Positions 17,238-18,073 of a stretch of DNA of 18,073 nucleotides are shown here, in pieces (position 1 is the first letter of the stretch; each line of letters opens with the position of its first letter). A program made the translations under genes and the position numbers. The notes beneath the pieces are model-generated. The model did no database searches. It saw only the letters and a program-made list of their open reading frames with translations, and was not told the origin of the DNA. The DNA is taken from the IMG/VR virus record IMGVR_UViG_2526164650_000010; one strand, written 5' to 3'. Source of the stretch: a virus. Lineage: Duplodnaviria; Heunggongvirae; Uroviricota; Caudoviricetes.

Positions 17238-17320
17238 CAGTTGAAATTGCTGAGCTGACAGGCAAGGAGCACCGAAATGTCCTTCGTGATATTCGTAAGA
17301 TGCTCGAAGAACTTAACGCG
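17238..17320 (+). pseudogene. Fragment of a phage Rha-family regulatory protein gene
   Basis: Translates VEIAELTGKEHRNVLRDIRKMLEELNA, the conserved N-terminal Rha motif; bounded by IS911 (17237) and IS1 (17321). Confidence 0.5.
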
Positions 17321-17375
17321 GGTAATGCTGCCAACTTACTGATTTAGTGTATGATGGTGATTTTAAGGTGCTTGC

Positions 17376-17651
17376 GTGGCTTCCATTTCCATCAGATGTC
17401 CTTCCTGCTCCGCTACTGAAGGCGTGGTGCGTAACGGCAAAAGCACTGCCGGACATCAGCGCTATCTCTGCTCTCATTGCCGTAAAACATGGCAACTACA
17501 GTTCACTTACACCGCCTCTCAGCCCGGTACGCACCAGAAAATCATTGATATGGCCATGAATGGCGTCGGATGTCGTGCCAGTGCACGCATTATGGGCGTT
17601 GGCCTCAACACGGTTTTACGTCACTTAAAAAACTCAGGCCGCAGTCGGTAA
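17376..17651 (+). CDS. insA: IS1 InsA (91 aa)
   Basis: Identical protein to copy A InsA. Confidence 0.9.
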   Translation: MASISIRCPSCSATEGVVRNGKSTAGHQRYLCSHCRKTWQLQFTYTASQPGTHQKIIDMAMNGVGCRASARIMGVGLNTVLRHLKNSGRSR

Positions 17652-18073
17652 CCTCGCGCATACAACCGGGCAGTGATGTGATTGTCTGCGCTGAAATGGA
17701 CGAACATTGGGGCTACGTCGGTGCTAAATCACGTCAGCGCTGGCTGTTTTACGCGTATGACAGGATACGGAGGACGGTTGTGGCGCACGTCTTCGGTGAA
17801 CGCACTCTGGCCACACTGGAGCGTCTTCTGAGCCTGCTGTCGGCCTTTGAGGTCGTGGTATGGATGACGGATGGCTGTCCGCTGTATGAATCACGCCTGA
17901 AGGGAAAGCTGCACGTTATCAGCAAGCGTTACACTCAGCGCATTGAGCGACATAATCTGAATCTGAGACAACATCTGGCAAGGCTGGTACGGAAGTCACT
18001 GTCGTTCTCAAAATCGGTGGAGCTGCATGACAAGGTCATCGGGCATTATCTGAACATAAAACACTATCAGTAA
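17570..18073 (+). CDS. insB: IS1 InsB (167 aa), intact frame
   Basis: Continuous frame through the region deleted in copy A; stop codon is the last triplet of the window. Confidence 0.85.
   Translation: MSCQCTHYGRWPQHGFTSLKKLRPQSVTSRIQPGSDVIVCAEMDEHWGYVGAKSRQRWLFYAYDRIRRTVVAHVFGERTLATLERLLSLLSAFEVVVWMTDGCPLYESRLKGKLHVISKRYTQRIERHNLNLRQHLARLVRKSLSFSKSVELHDKVIGHYLNIKHYQ

Larger units (their letters stand above)
17321..18073 (+). mobile_element. IS1 copy B, runs off the window end (last ~15 bp missing), inverted relative to copy A
   Basis: Begins GGTAATGCTGCCAACTTACTGATTTAGTGTATGATGGTG; InsA and an intact 167-aa InsB frame. Confidence 0.9.

Noticed and set aside
17165-17347. 60-aa ORF spanning IS911 end, Rha fragment and IS1 start
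   Set aside because: A chimeric read-through; only the central 83 bp (17238..17320) is genuine phage coding sequence.

Overview
Enterobacterial (Shigella/E. coli-like) chromosomal window holding a heavily IS-degraded lambdoid prophage, with a short T7-like cis-element module next to an integrase as the main surprise. Left edge is a host LysR-family regulator gene truncated by an IS600 copy. The prophage then runs rightward: replication module (YdaU-like gene split by IS2, DnaC-like loader), several small phage ORFs including an HNH endonuclease, a hok/mok toxin locus, a Rem-like gene with IS1 at its stop codon, a nin-like region (YbcO-like, Q-like antiterminator), a PR'/tR'-like late promoter-terminator, an antirepressor-like gene split by a second IS600, and four tightly packed tRNA genes (Ile2/Met-CAU, Arg-UCU, Thr-UGU, Gly-UCC). 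Immediately after tRNA-Gly lies a 534-aa tyrosine integrase followed by three tandem ~121-bp repeats, each carrying a consensus phage T7 RNA polymerase promoter, then an AT-rich iteron region; this is cut off by a degenerate IS911, a Rha-family gene fragment and a second IS1 that runs off the window. Six IS copies make up roughly 37% of the window. All family assignments are from reading the translations and motifs; no database search was run.
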